Positions 25,501 to 38,115 are shown, numbered from the whole stretch's first letter. The stretch is 63,545 nt of DNA, filler included, from Klebsormidium nitens (GCA_000708835.1; 7 parts of 7 records of this genome joined end to end with filler, not necessarily neighbours in it); one strand, 5' to 3'. The notes: generated by a model not told the origin, from the sequence alone. Program-made: numbers and translations.

Positions 25501-27055
25501 GTAATCCGGTAGATTTTTTCAGTGCGGGAGACCTAGATGATCCTGATGAAACAAGCAGATTCTCAGCAAGCCGTTCGTCAGTAGTTGTTAACCTACACTT
25601 CGTTTTGGCATCAGCAATTGCCCTCAAAACAACCTCCCAATCTAAGACGCTGTATTCAAAGGGGTGCGTCCCTGCTTGCCCCTATGTTTGTGCAGTTGGA
25701 GAGCGGCGAGAACCGCGGGTTCCAGTTCAAGACGCACCCCAACATTGACAAGGCGCTGCACCAGAAGCAGAACGCGCTGGGCCTGAAGGACGCCAGCAAG
25801 CCGTTCCCGTCGGGCAACCAGCCGCTGGGCATCCTCAAGTGGAGGATGCAGAGCAAAAACGAGGAGATGGTGCCCCTCTCAAGTAAGTCCTTCCTCTGAT
25901 GATGGCGCTTGAGTCCGATGCTCTCCGGCGTATTTCAAGCCTTGTTCTAGGCATTGTAACTTAGACACTGCCGTTTCCCGAGCGCTCGAGATGCAGCAAT
26001 ACGGGCCAGATATGCTGAAGGGTGGGCCGAGAAAAGTCGAGTGTCCGTTAGAAAATCAACGGCCTGCTCCTACAAACGCAGTTCTGAAGCTGTGCTTTCT
26101 GACCATCGTGCAGTCAACTGCTGGCCGTCGGTGACGGGGAACGAGTCGCAGGTGAACATAGAATACGAGTCGCAGGCAGAGTTCGACCTCAAGAACGTGC
26201 TCATCAGCATCCCGCTGCCCGCCCTACGAGACGCCCCGCAGGTCAACCAGATTGATGGAGAGTGGAGGTAAGGCGCTCGAAGCAGCACGCTTCGACGAAG
26301 CTTCGCCTTGCAGTCACAAGTCCAAGTCTTTTTCAACCTCGGATGGCCGTACCGAAAATAAGGTGCAGGAAAGTGACCAGTTGCACGGCTTCTATGGTGA
26401 TGACTCGTTTGTACAGCTAACACGTGTCCGTGAAGCAAAGATTTGGAGTTGTTTGGTAAACACTGCAGGTGTTGTTTTCTTGGCTTGTTGTCGCCAATCT
26501 GCCCGAGCTGATTAATGACCTTCCCAGCTAAAAATGCTCTGCGCATGTTGGGAAGAACGACGAAATGCACGCATAATGGAGGCATGTATACAAGTTCTAC
26601 TCCGTCCAGGTACGACCCTCGGAGGTCTGTTTTGGAGTGGCAGATTGTCCTTATTGATGACACAAACCGAAGGTCAGTACTGCGTTCCCTGTTCCTTTAC
26701 CTGCATGATAATCGACCGACTCAAGGACTCAGCAGGGTCGTCTACTCTAGAAACATGATGATCCATGCCTGCATTGTTTCTCGGATGTGATGTTTGCGCT
26801 TCCGTTTGTCCAAAGCTGAAGAGAGCAACAATTGATTGTAGATCTGACAGAATTCCTTCTGTCTGCAGCGGGTCATTGGAGTTCGCAGTACCAGCCACAG
26901 ACCCACAGTCATTTTTCCCCATTGATGTCAAGTTTGCTGCTGACAAGACCTTCTGCGATGTCAAGATTAAGCAGGTTATCAAGGCATCATCAGGAGAGGC
27001 TGTCAAGTTTGGGGGCAAGACACAACTGGTGGTCGACAGTTACCAAGTACTCTAA
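22577..27055 (+). CDS. ARCN1: Coatomer subunit delta (delta-COP/archain); 10 exons
   Basis: Exons 22577-22579 (ATG only), 22745-22784, 23569-23792, 24002-24247, 24545-24731, 25014-25324, 25696-25882, 26114-26267, 26610-26672, 26869-27055; all GT-AG and in frame. [46 protein letters not shown] and NCWPS cover the longin and mu-homology domains. Confidence 0.97.
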
Positions 27056-27561
27056 TCTGCGTGTCAGGAGTTGTGCTTGTGAACAGTATCCAGCTTCGAT
27101 ATTGCAACCGTGGTATCGAAATTGCGGCCATTTCCTCAGCCTTCAATTCAGTTGCGGACATGCCGCTTGGCACTGGTCTAGACAGTTTCATGCATCAGTT
27201 GTCGAAGCTGTCAAAGTACTGTCTGATCAAGAATTGTGCCACGTCGACGCTCATGACAAGTCGGGCCACCACTCTCTTGCAAGGTCCTTTCGGCTAACCG
27301 TCCTCGGTGGCTAGCTATACATGCAATATCAGGCTATACGACATGGGACCTTAGGTAACTCAAAAGTGTGGCCGATGATGCTCTACAAGTCGATGATGTA
27401 AGTTCTCTTTCCAAAATGCCGTAGACACATGGGCCATAGGCTCCCATGGCGTGATATGATGTTCTCTTTTCAAACGCCGCAAGTAGCCAAATTGGCCGTA
27501 GGCTTCCATGGCCGCTGATACATGGAATCATTATAGTGTTCGACACTTGAACGCCTAGCGC

Positions 27562-28323
27562 GCCACAAGCTACCTATGGTGGGTACCGGCCGAGTCGATT
27601 CCGACTCCGGCCGCCACAAAATCGATTTAGCGCGTATCGAATATCGTCAGTGTTACCGGCGGTTCGCGTCACGGCTACTCAGGTTTATGTTACTCGGGCG
27701 GTACAAATACTCAGAGAATTTTGCCGGGCCGTAAGTAAGTGTGAGGAGATTCTTAAACAGTGTCAGGTTTTACACTTTGAGAGGAGCATCAAATTGGCAC
27801 GCAAAGAAGAGCCATATGCAGGCTTATAAAAACCTCTGACAAGCAGAAAAAAATGTTGGGAGAGCGTCATGAAGGCTCCTTCGAAGCTCCAACATCTTGT
27901 TATGTTGAGGACAAATCGGAAGAAGCACCATCGTGGCTGCAAATGGCCGCCATTGCTTGCTTCTAAAAAGCGCCATTCCCTACACTCCCGTTTCCATCTT
28001 CTGCACTCTCCTTTCAAGTTAGGTACCGCGGTACTCTAGGGTGGTTCGAGTCGGAACTTCCGATCGAAACCATGATTTTCAAATTTCACGTACGGTCAGA
28101 CTTGATCGGTACCGTACCGCCGGAAACTCCGGAAATTTCTGACGACCGGATTGTCAGACAGATTCTAATTTATGAACTCGGACCGGATTCTCAAGTACCG
28201 GTCTGCACGGTCGTCAGTACCGCGTACAGTAATTGTCGCGACGCGACACACCGGTGATTCAAATTTGTGACCGGATCGTCGCGCGATCGAGACCGCCGAT
28301 ACCCACCATAGGTTGCTTGTGGC
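27562..28323. mobile_element. MITE-like non-autonomous DNA transposon
   Basis: 24-bp terminal inverted repeats, 23/24 identical (GCCACAAGC[T/A]ACCTATGGTGGGTA), at 27562-27585 and 28300-28323. Non-coding interior; no clean TSD seen. Confidence 0.65.
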
Positions 28324-29861
28324 CTACTCCACCGCATCTCGGTGTGCTACATTACTAAGTCCATACCTAGATTGTGTATGTCAACTTCTCTGGATCGGAT
28401 GGCTATTCCGACGTATGTCTGCGCTAGCGAAACAGCTACGCTTCACTCGGGACTACAGGCTCAGCTAGAAGACTGCTGAAGCTAGGATTAGCACTAAATA
28501 GCGGACAGCCGCGCGCTGGCGGCGATCATCTTCGATCCGATCAGGGATGTAGACCGCTAAGATCGGCACAAAGGGGCAGATGCGGTGTATATTGGTACAC
28601 ATGCAGTATGCCGGCCGTCGAATTCCATGGCTGCCGCGTACCGTTGCACACTTCATGTGATACTTGGGATTTAAAGTTTGAGGTCTATACGGTTTGAACG
28701 CCTACTGTAACTGACGCGCGATGCAGATCCGACATATGTCTTTAATTGAGGAATATTTAGATTTCGCACAGGCGCATCATGCGGCAAGTGCAATGTACGG
28801 TACTAGCTCCGTGGCGCAATGTTCCTGCAGCTCTAGATCAAACTCTCTGGCATGTATATAAATGGTTCAATCCAGGCTGCCGTGCAATCGATCTTCTCAA
28901 CGGGAGCTCGTATGATATATACGTTTGCCCAATTATCATCATTATACATAGCTGTAGTGCGAATCGTCGACTCATCGTCTACAGGCACTAGGCTATACAA
29001 ACACATATAGCCAGCCCGCATGCAATCCTCATGACAGCTTGATCAAAACGATTCGATCCATTGATCATTTCTTGAATTTATCTCAATTCAATGGCGCCAT
29101 GTGGCCGTGCCGGGGGCCAGAGTACTAAGATTTGATAGAGGCATCTCAACCTTTGATAATCCTAGTGGACATACTAGTCAACTCAGTGGCCAGCCTGGCT
29201 ACACCGACAACGTCTGAACCTGAACAACATAAGCGACTATACCGTACCATTATGTATCGTCATAGGCATGACCGTTCCCAGCTGAAAACAACGTGACAAT
29301 GTCTGATGACAACTTCCAATTGGATGTATGATTGATCGGCCGTATGCACTTGATGGTCTCTTGATCAGCTTGGCAGCTTGATGGGACAACTACCAAGCTG
29401 TTTCGCAACCGGGGGTTGAAAGCCGTTCAAGAAGAATAGTCCGATTTCAAGAAGTTTGAAACCATCCACCAGTGATGAGGCTGCTATCTGTCAATATTAA
29501 GCGCTACTCCTACCTGAATAGTTCCTGACGAATGCTCAAAATTCTGTTAAATGTTGAGTTCGAAGATTGCTTTCAACTTCGCTGAGAATACTCGCTGTCT
29601 TACAATACAATAAATTCAATGTCAACTGCTCTGCCCCCGCTGAACCGACGACTGAGCTTCTCTGTTAGAACAAACGGTTTCCTTGTCGTGTCTCTGTGCA
29701 AGATCTGTCCTCTTGATTTGTGTGTCTTAAGTGCAGGGACGTTCATTGCACGAGCCTTGAACCATTCACTGTACCTATACTTTTGACCAATTGATTGAAC
29801 TATACTAGAATACAAGCTTCCGTCAAACAACCCGTCGGATCGCACAACCTGGTACTGGATG

Positions 29862-31582
29862 TTAAAGATCCTCAATGTCAAGTACCACCGGAGCTGACCG
29901 TCTGATGATATCCAGCACAAGATCGTGTGGTAAGGAAGACAGCATTGTCTTCTGTGGCTGTAGCGATCGGAGGTTGCTGCTTGAGGTCTGGAGGGGATTC
30001 CGCTGCAGAAACAGGACCCTCCAATGAGCAAGCAGTTGTTTGCAAAAGATCGACAATCTATCAGAATTTCAAAGTGTGCACTCCCTAGGTTACTGCCCTA
30101 ATGGCAGTCGACCATCAGCACTGAGCTAAAAACAAGACTGTCAATCTGCTCTGTTTCCAACTGTACTTGCTACTATCACAGCTCCCTTGATCGAATGGAG
30201 TCACATACCTTATTCAGCAGGTTGGAAAGTCCCGAGCCCTTTCGCTTCAGAGAACCCGGCAAAGGATCTTCCAATGACTGCAACTTTCCCTGGGAACCAT
30301 GGCACAGTAGCAGAGCCTGTACTGCAGCGTGGAAGTCCTCTGGGAACGCATCGTGCTTGCAGGGGGACCAGGTGATTGCTGCGGGGTGCTGGATGGAGGC
30401 CACGAAATCGGTGGATGACTGAACGGGCACAAAAAGCTGCAAAAACCCACAGCACTTGTTAGGACTGCTTTGGCTCGCTCTCTGCTGGTGCAAACAGATA
30501 AGGAACTCCACGTTGTCTTCATAGACAGACCACGATTAACAAGAGCACTGAAGCGAAGAAAAGAGAAAAAACCTTTACAATGAGCCATTGCTATGTCAAA
30601 AGCACAAATAAGATACTGGACTGAAGAGGTATTGCCCTTACTAAGGGATTAACCAGCATTGTGGCCCAGGCGAACATTGACATGATGACTTTTAACAGCA
30701 TTGTGTCATATGGCCTGCAGAGTGCATAATGCAATCTGCAAGCAAGCAGATGTGCTTACCACTCTCCGGTCCACAACCAGTTGCTCTCTGGTTGCATTGG
30801 TGCGGAAGCTCCAGGGATGACCTGCAAACAGACGATAGAAATTTCTCATCAGACACTAGTAACACACTGGCTGCTTGCACTACACTAACAAAGGCTGCCA
30901 CTTTCTAAGTGGGGTACTGCAAGACTGATTTGCGATCTTCCACAATTGTAAGAACCTTTCCTTTCAACGCCTTGGCAACCCAGATTGTCCTCTGGCTCTA
31001 CAGAATGAAGCACAGATTGCTGAGCCTTTTGAGAGGTTTAAACTGTCACTCTGCCACTCACCGACAAATGTCTGTTGACGATAGTATTTTCCTGGTTGTA
31101 TCTTCTCGTAAGGCACCTGGAATGAGACACGAAACAGCAATTCACTTCGTGCATTATGAAGGCAGACGATTGATCTCGCGCAAGGGACTGCAAAAGAGCT
31201 CAAATCCTTAGAAGACGTAACAAGAAATGGACAGAACATCAGGCAGCTTTAGGGTCTGCCATGTAACCTCAATGAACCAAAGCTTCTTTGAGAATAAAAT
31301 CATTCAAGACAATGCAAGATAGTTAATCTGCAAAGCCATGTAGCTCGTGAGCAAGATGCTGTAACTCACCTCTTTACCCTCGTAGTCTATCCATGACACA
31401 CTCACAACCATGTCGGTATCGTTCTTGAATTGCACAAAGGTTGACTGGCTTGATGGCCCCGAGCGAACTTGGTGCGGCATCTGTGGCTTCCATTTTGGGC
31501 CCAAGTCCACATCAAAATGTGCTAGTATGAACGAGCGGATGTAGGAACGAAGGTATGCTCGCAAGCTTCTGAATGCAGCCAT
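29862..31582 (-). CDS. VHL beta-domain protein (von Hippel-Lindau-like) with non-canonical C-terminus; 5 exons
   Basis: Exons 31582-31370, 31116-31062, 30821-30760, 30436-30209, 30002-29862; GT-AG and in frame. The spliced protein contains VRSGPSSQSTFVQFKNDTDMVVSVSWIDYEGKEVPYEKIQPGKYYRQQTFVGHPWSFRTNATREQLVVDRRVLFVP, collinear with human pVHL 63-138. The last exon boundary and the start codon are less certain. Confidence 0.85.
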
Positions 31583-33598
31583 CTCTGTAGCTCTTGGATC
31601 TTCACACCGCTCAGAATAATGACCAGCACCGCGCAAACCCTCAACACGTTTTTGAGCTTCAACTCTGCAACCTTTGCAACCCAACTTTCTGTATGGAAAG
31701 AACAAGAAGCTGAGGATAGCTCCAAGGGCTGTTACGCAGATGAGCAAACCAACATTCAGATTGTCGTCGCAACCCAGGAAGCTCCTGAAGAAGTGGTCAA
31801 CTTGTCCCCACACGAGCTTCCGCTTCCACAGCCTGATTCACCTTCAAATTTGGGCAGCAGGTACCCTGTGGAGGAATAGGAGGAATGGCGGACTTGGACG
31901 CCGATAGCAGCAATTTGGGGCACCTATCAAAGGCAGCACTTGGCAGAGGCAGCCATTCTGACCTTCCGCCTCAGGCGGTTGCCCTTTCACGGTTGCGAAC
32001 AGATTGCAGAGCGGAGAAGGCTGCGATCGGATCGTGCACAGCAGCCGTCGCGCATTAGAGAATCCGTATGCGAATCAGAAGCTTTAGACTTCCCCCTATT
32101 TGTAGCATGGAGTGGAGCGCTTTTCCGGGTCAGATACTCCGACGGATTACCATTCCCGAACCCGCGTAAAAGCGGCAGTCGTTCTGCGCACTGCACTCTG
32201 AACGGTTTCTCCTTGCGGGCAGAGGGAGCCTGACTTTTGTACCCATGTGGCTTTTGCATAAAAAGATTGGGTACCTTTCCAAAGGCGCACTCTCTTATAG
32301 GTACCGGTATAGGTATACGGTAAACTCAAAAGCAGGTGCCCAAGTGCCTAGCTAACGGTACCTACCGTACTTGCGTGCTGGGACTGCCGAGGTCCGAGCG
32401 GGGCTGTAGCCGGTTGGCCACAGCTTCCCCGGGCGGGGAGAACCGGCGACCAAATACGCACAGTACATACCGGTACCCAGCTCGTATTAGGTAGCTGCTC
32501 AAAAGTGACGTCATTTTGCTTTGTACCCCAACGTACCAAGTTCCAACGAAATCTGACACATACCTTTACCGTAGTTCCTGGGGGATGTACCTCTCGAATA
32601 TCTTCAATGATTGAAGAGGTTGTTTGTCAAGATCGACGGTACAGTGCTCCCCCAAAGAGGCCCCTCAGTTAAATCGGACGGTCATAAACCATTTCTGGTC
32701 AACGCTTTGCGCGAGTCAAGATCCTTTTCTGCCATAAAAATTGAAATGGAGTGAGCCGGACCTGGCATTGATTAGGCAGTACGGAATTCGACAAGCACAA
32801 TTTAATTCTACGGTTTAAAGTTTAAACTTTACATAATACCAGTCCGCACAAGCGAGGGCCGGCTCAAAAACTTGGCTGTCGTCGATTCATGGGGGGAGTT
32901 TTCATCTTTGAGCCTTTGAACCGTCGGATGGGGATCGCATCCATGCCAACGTACTTGCCCCAGCAAACCAAATGAAGGTCGGCCTTATTTTCAGCCGCTC
33001 GATAGCTGACACGTGTCCCCCCCGGCCCGAGGGTCCGACGGTCCGCAGAAATCGTGACTTTGCGCCGTCGAAGTGCCGGACCGCCACCGACTGCCGGTCC
33101 TGAGCCTTTACCGCAACCCTTACCACCTGGCGAAGTGGCCCAGCAAGCCACCAAAGGTTGCTATTAAATTTCAGCCACTCAGAAGCTGCCACGTCGACCC
33201 CCCTCGCCCGGAAGGGTCGTGCCAGTTCGCAAAGCCAAGTATACCAGCCAAAACCCGGTCGAATAGGACTCACTTTCTGGCCGGACATTCACGTTGAAGT
33301 CCCGGTCGTGAATCCCAGAACGAATCATCGTCCAAAATACGAAATGTTCAAGTAGTATTAGAACCGATTTTTGTTCGCAGACTTGGTAATACTTAGTAAT
33401 GCCACGTCGCGCACCACCATGCGCACCACATCGTCCGAATGGCCGCCAACGTAGTACTCAAACCCTTAAATGTTCGGACGGTAAGTAACAGCTATAAAAG
33501 CTGGAAATTAGGTTTTTATCAGGACTCTTTTTGCACAACATTAGGTTTTTCTCGATCTAGGGGTCCGTCGGCCACTTTTTAGGGTTTCATTCAACGAC

Positions 33599-34762
33599 AT
33601 GGAAGACGAGGACTTTGCTCAATTCAGTCAAGATGTTGAGTCACTGTTCCTCAGTCCATCCCAGAAATTAGAGAAACGACGCAAAGTGATACTATCACAA
33701 TCCGACAACGCTACAGTCAGCTCAGGGATTGAGACTGAATTCAGTCGCTTACATGAGGCTGGGTATGCTGTGGGCACCGGATGGTTGACTACCCGAATGA
33801 AAGATGGGAAAGGTCAGGATTTTGCAATGCTTGTCCAAAGTTTCCTTGAAACTCTGCCCATGTGGACCCCCGGATGATGTAACGGCACCAATTCTAAGAG
33901 TCCTTGATGAAGGCACCTTGGGTACTGAAAAGCACTTAGAAGCGCACTTTGATAAACTCCCAGAAAGAGGTGGTGTAAAGGTTACACCTTTGGTGGGTTT
34001 CAGGCTACTTAGCCATCCCCTCTCCCACTTGGGAGTCTAGCAGGCTCCTGCTTACTAGTGTGCAGTCCATACGCGATGGCACTGCACCAGTCTATGAGTT
34101 TGAGTGTGTACTACCAGTGCACAAGCAAGACTCAGACTACGGCCCGTTATAGTTTGAACCCAAGTAGCCAGATGTACGTATCTGATTACTTGACAAGCTA
34201 TGCAAGGCTTAGGAATCTATCCTATAACTGTACGCGCTGGGACGCGGCCGCGCGCGCGAGCGAACGTCGAGTCGCGTAATATGCTGGACACATGTCTAGC
34301 ATAACTCTGGCGACCATACACCTGGAATACCTATGGGACTGTCGCCCTAAGTATAGAGGTGGTATAGTAGCCCGTTACAATCCTCCCCTTCTAGTGCGAA
34401 ACTCCGGAGAGCACATCGCAAACGTAATGGGAAACTATACCTGTAAAAGTCTCTGGCCAGGATCTGGCGGGGCCCTCGAAGTCGGACAGGTACTGCCGTC
34501 GGCCGCACCTGACCGGCTTCTTGGGCTTCGTCAGGACCTGCTCAAAGACACCTGGCTTAACAAAAGGCAGGTATATGAATTTCCGAGAATCGATCTCAGG
34601 TTCTTGTGGGCTAGAAATTTGCGTCACGCGACGTCAAGGATTCTAGACCGCCGATATCGATATCCGTCGATAACCACCGTCGATCTGCGTCACGCAGAAC
34701 ACGCTGTCGCGCGCATCGAGCGCCTGCTAAAAGATAACCAGAAAGGGTTAGCAAATAGCTAA
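33599..34762 (+). pseudogene. Unassigned broken coding-like region (ORFs 33599-33877, 33804-34040, 34292-34762)
   Basis: Protein-like composition with a frameshift near 33870 and several stops. No recognisable domain. Confidence 0.25.
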
Positions 34763-34909
34763 CAGACGTACAAACGATCACTAACCCAAGAGGTTAGCAA
34801 AGAATTACTTGTGGTAGCCCACCTGGCTAACAACAAAAGCAGAAAGCGAGGCTTCAACCCTGACACTCTGCCAAAGGGTTAGAGCCCGCTTCCTGACATT
34901 ATCTCTGTC

Positions 34910-35290
34910 TTTTCGAAATTCTTATTTCGATCAGACGTACTAACCACCCGGTTAGCTGAAACCATCTGGTTTAGCAAAAGCTTCCTGGAACAGCGAGGAT
35001 TTAGCCTAGAAGCGTTGCCACCAGATTAAATCCTCACTGGACCAGGTGACCTATTGTCAATCCGAAATTACTTATTCGACTGACAGATCACACTAACTAT
35101 CTGGTTAGTAAAACGCACTTCGATTAGCCGCCCTCTGGCTAACAAAAGTTCCTCGAACAACGGGTCTTCAGCCTAGTAGATTGAAGACTCACTGGACGAG
35201 GTGAACTGTTGTCTACTCGAAATTACTTATTCGAATAAGAGACAACGCTAACCACTCGGTTCGCTGTCAACCGCCTGGTTAACCAAAAAG
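34910..35290. repeat. Degenerate ~150 bp tandem repeat
   Basis: CGAAATT(A)CTTATT(T)CGA recurs at ~34914, ~35064 and ~35218, each followed by CTAAC...GGTT motifs. Confidence 0.55.
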
Positions 35291-35551
35291 GGTGCCGCTG
35301 GGATCCTGGATTGATAGAAGCATGGTATCTTACCATTCATCCAAGATCCCACTGGGCAGCCACTGCTGTCTTAACAAAAGACATAAACAAGTGCATAACC
35401 ACTCGGTTAGCAACTTAACAAAAACCTCCCGGTTCCTTTACCCGGTGAGCAGACGCTCTACCCATCGGTTAAAGAAAAGGGGAGTGATCAATCTGTCCAC
35501 GAGAAAACTAAAAACTCGTGCATGAACTTTCGTCACTTGACAAAAGCTCAT

Positions 35552-37079
35552 TGAGACGGGAGGGGTTCACCTCCTTCAATTCTCGCTCCCCCGTCGTCAG
35601 GCCCACCTTCCGGAGAGGCCTCTTTGATCGACGAGTCGGTAGGGGGGTTCCGGGTTAAGCTGACCGATCCACCCCCCACCTAGAGTGACGGCTATCAATC
35701 GCCGAACGCCGAGAGAGACCTGTCTCAAGGAGACTATAAAGGTTAGATTCTTCGAGCTGACAAGTTGTGGGCTCGACCCAAAGTTAGTTAGATGGCCTCG
35801 GAAATCTCGTTAACCTTTATTTGACATTCCAGCATGCAAGGGTACTCACCCGAGCACCCACAAAAGGGGTGGGGTTCGGGGACTGGGGCGATTGATTGCC
35901 GTCACTCGAGTACTGCACAGTCCCCGAGTGTCAACCCTCAATCGTCTCAGTGCCTCCACCCCACACCTGCTGGAATAAATATGAAAACTGGTTAAGTATA
36001 CCAAGAATTCCAAATCACATTCTTGTGGGCTAACTTAAGACCACCGTTCGATGACTTCATCGACGTCTTGTAGGAACTTTCCTACGACCTGCAGATTCAC
36101 TTGCAGTCTGTTCAACGGAGCGGTTCCGTTCTAGTTCTGCTGCTTTCCGTTTCTTCCTGAGCTCTGCTTGCTTCTCTCGTACACCCTGTGGAGAAGTAGC
36201 TTCATCAGCCCAGTAATCTGCGAGAAGATCTTCACAGTGTGTTAGATTCTTCTTTGGCTCCCAGGTATTGTGTTCGTGTCCATACCCGAGCCACTTGACC
36301 AGAAACTCTTTTCTGGTTCCTTTACCACGTTTCACTTCGCGGTGTCCGAGTACTCGTTCCACCTCATATTCTAATGAGTCATCGATTTCAATGGGAGGTG
36401 AGGGCGGCTGCACCTTTCCATTACTTCGATACTCCTTAAGAAGCTGAACGTGAAACACGTCATGCATCTTAAGGTTTGGCGGAAGCTCTATCCTGTAGGC
36501 GACCTTGCCAATCCGTTCAACCACTTTGAACGGTCCGACCCACTTGGGCAACAACTTGCGCGTCCCTGGATGCGCAAGCTTGAAGTTGACTGTAGAAAGT
36601 AAGACATCCTGTCCCACCTTCAGCTCAACTTCACGACGTTTTTCGTCAGCAAATAACTTCTGGCGAGACCGAGCCGCATGAAGAGAAGCCTTGGCACGTG
36701 CCAGATTCTCTTCCAAAGTCCTCGCAAAGTTACTGGCTTGGGGAACACGAACTTCCCTACCGCCGCTCTGATTAAGAGGTGTACGCGGCTGCTGTCCGAA
36801 ATTAAGCATAAACGGAGTGTTCTTGATAGATTCTTGCCAGGCGTTGTTTACCGAAAACTCAGCCGGAGGCAACCACTCATCCCAGTCATTCTGAGAGGGA
36901 CTGATATAATGCCTTAGATAATCTTCAAGAACTCGGTTAGACCTCTCCGTCTGGCCATCTGTCTGAGGGTGGAAAGCAGTTGACATTTTGAGCTTCGTGC
37001 CCAACAAGCGAGTCAACTCAGTCCAGAACTTAGATGTGAACCGGGGATCTCTATCCGAAATAAGTTCTGAAGGCAATCC
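35552..37079 (-). mobile_element. Ty3/gypsy chromovirus A: 3' part (integrase-chromodomain, PPT, 3' LTR)
   Basis: LTR 35949-35552 with TGAGACG...CGTCTCA inverted termini, preceded on the minus strand by purine-rich GTGGGGTGGAGGCAC. The upstream portion is lost in the gap. Confidence 0.88.
36057..37079 (-). CDS. Gypsy integrase C-half + SH3-like + chromodomain (partial)
   Basis: [52 protein letters not shown]...[17 protein letters not shown]. Confidence 0.93.
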   Translation of the reverse strand, partial: GLPSELISDRDPRFTSKFWTELTRLLGTKLKMSTAFHPQTDGQTERSNRVLEDYLRHYISPSQNDWDEWLPPAEFSVNNAWQESIKNTPFMLNFGQQPRTPLNQSGGREVRVPQASNFARTLEENLARAKASLHAARSRQKLFADEKRREVELKVGQDVLLSTVNFKLAHPGTRKLLPKWVGPFKVVERIGKVAYRIELPPNLKMHDVFHVQLLKEYRSNGKVQPPSPPIEIDDSLEYEVERVLGHREVKRGKGTRKEFLVKWLGYGHEHNTWEPKKNLTHCEDLLADYWADEATSPQGVREKQAELRKKRKAAELERNRSVEQTASESAGRRKVPTRRR

Positions 37080-37337
37080 NNNNNNNNNNNNNNNNNNNNN
37101 NNNNNNNNNNNNNNNNNNNNNNNTTAATTAATTAANNNNNNNNNNNNNNNNNNNNNNNNNNNNNNNNNNNNNNNNNNNNTTCTCTGCATCATCGAGAGAA
37201 TGACAAATGCTTCACCGCCCAAACTTCCGCTTATTTGGCATTATAAAAGAATAATTGGCAAACAAATTCGAAGATTCAAAGACTGATACACACCCGTTTG
37301 AAACAATCAAATTGTTGTATCCGCTGTATCAGTCTGC

Positions 37338-38115
37338 CTATGGGAGGTTCCCTTGCGCATCCGTCTGTGCTAGCTCCTTCTCAGTCTTCAAACGAATCCC
37401 AAAGAAACCTCTAAGCCGCTTCTTACCGTCGATCGTTCGAATCAAGATGGCTTTTCCCCGCTCCTGTGGGAACCCCTTCAATCGCATCGCTCTTGTCAAA
37501 CCGTCCCCCGCCATGCCCACATCATGCCCACTTGAGTATAGAAAGTTTGTGAAGGCCTCAACAAACTCGGTCCTGGTGACGCTTGCCGCCTCTCCCTCAG
37601 CCGTTTCCTTAGTAGTGCAAGCCTCGTCTATGAAAACTTGAAGCTTGTCGTTCTCCGAAGCGTATTCCATTACAGCCGCGCTGAACTCCTCTGGAACTGG
37701 CGAAAGAACCTTCGAGGCGGGAGCTAGTGCCCTTTTGGCGTAGTACATGATTGCTCCTTGAACGCAAAAGTCCAAAGTGTCCGCTGCTCCTTCGTCCGAT
37801 TCAAAGTAGGGCTTCCAGGTCACATCGATGGGCTTGTGCATCTTGTTCGTTGCATCAAGCTCGTGGGGGTTCTTAAACGTGTAGTTGAACATGAGCAACA
37901 CAAGCCGTCGAATGAGCGCAGTGTCATCGCTTGGAAAGTCCGGCCTGTAGTTCGTGAACAAACAAAGCTTGAATTGCGGCACGTAACTCTGCGGCTTGCA
38001 GAACAGCTCGCGTGCATCGAGCTCGCCGCCACCGGTAGCCTCTTTCAAAAACGACGTGTGAAGCACCTCTCTTCCTTCCGATTCGTCGTTGGTGACAAAC
38101 CTCTTTGTTCGAATT
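37338..38115 (-). CDS. D5-like SF3 helicase (primase-helicase C-terminus), copy 1, 5'-truncated by gap
   Basis: Walker B FVTNDE, ATGGGELDARELF, sensor LFTNYRP, arginine finger ALIRRL. Confidence 0.8.

Noticed and set aside
31583-31813. Hydrophobic, TM-like N-terminal extension (GLLICVTALGAILSFLFFPY) on the VHL-like protein
   Set aside because: No ATG: the ORF starts at GTG after an in-frame TGA. The region looks like a 5' UTR intron ending CTACAG just before ATG 31582.
32270-32560. GGTACC/CGGTAC-rich patches (also ~47400-47560, ~58540-58580, ~63460-63490) as a distinct functional repeat
   Set aside because: No alignable unit. GTAC enrichment can arise from deamination of GCAC/GTGC, so it is covered by the composition finding.
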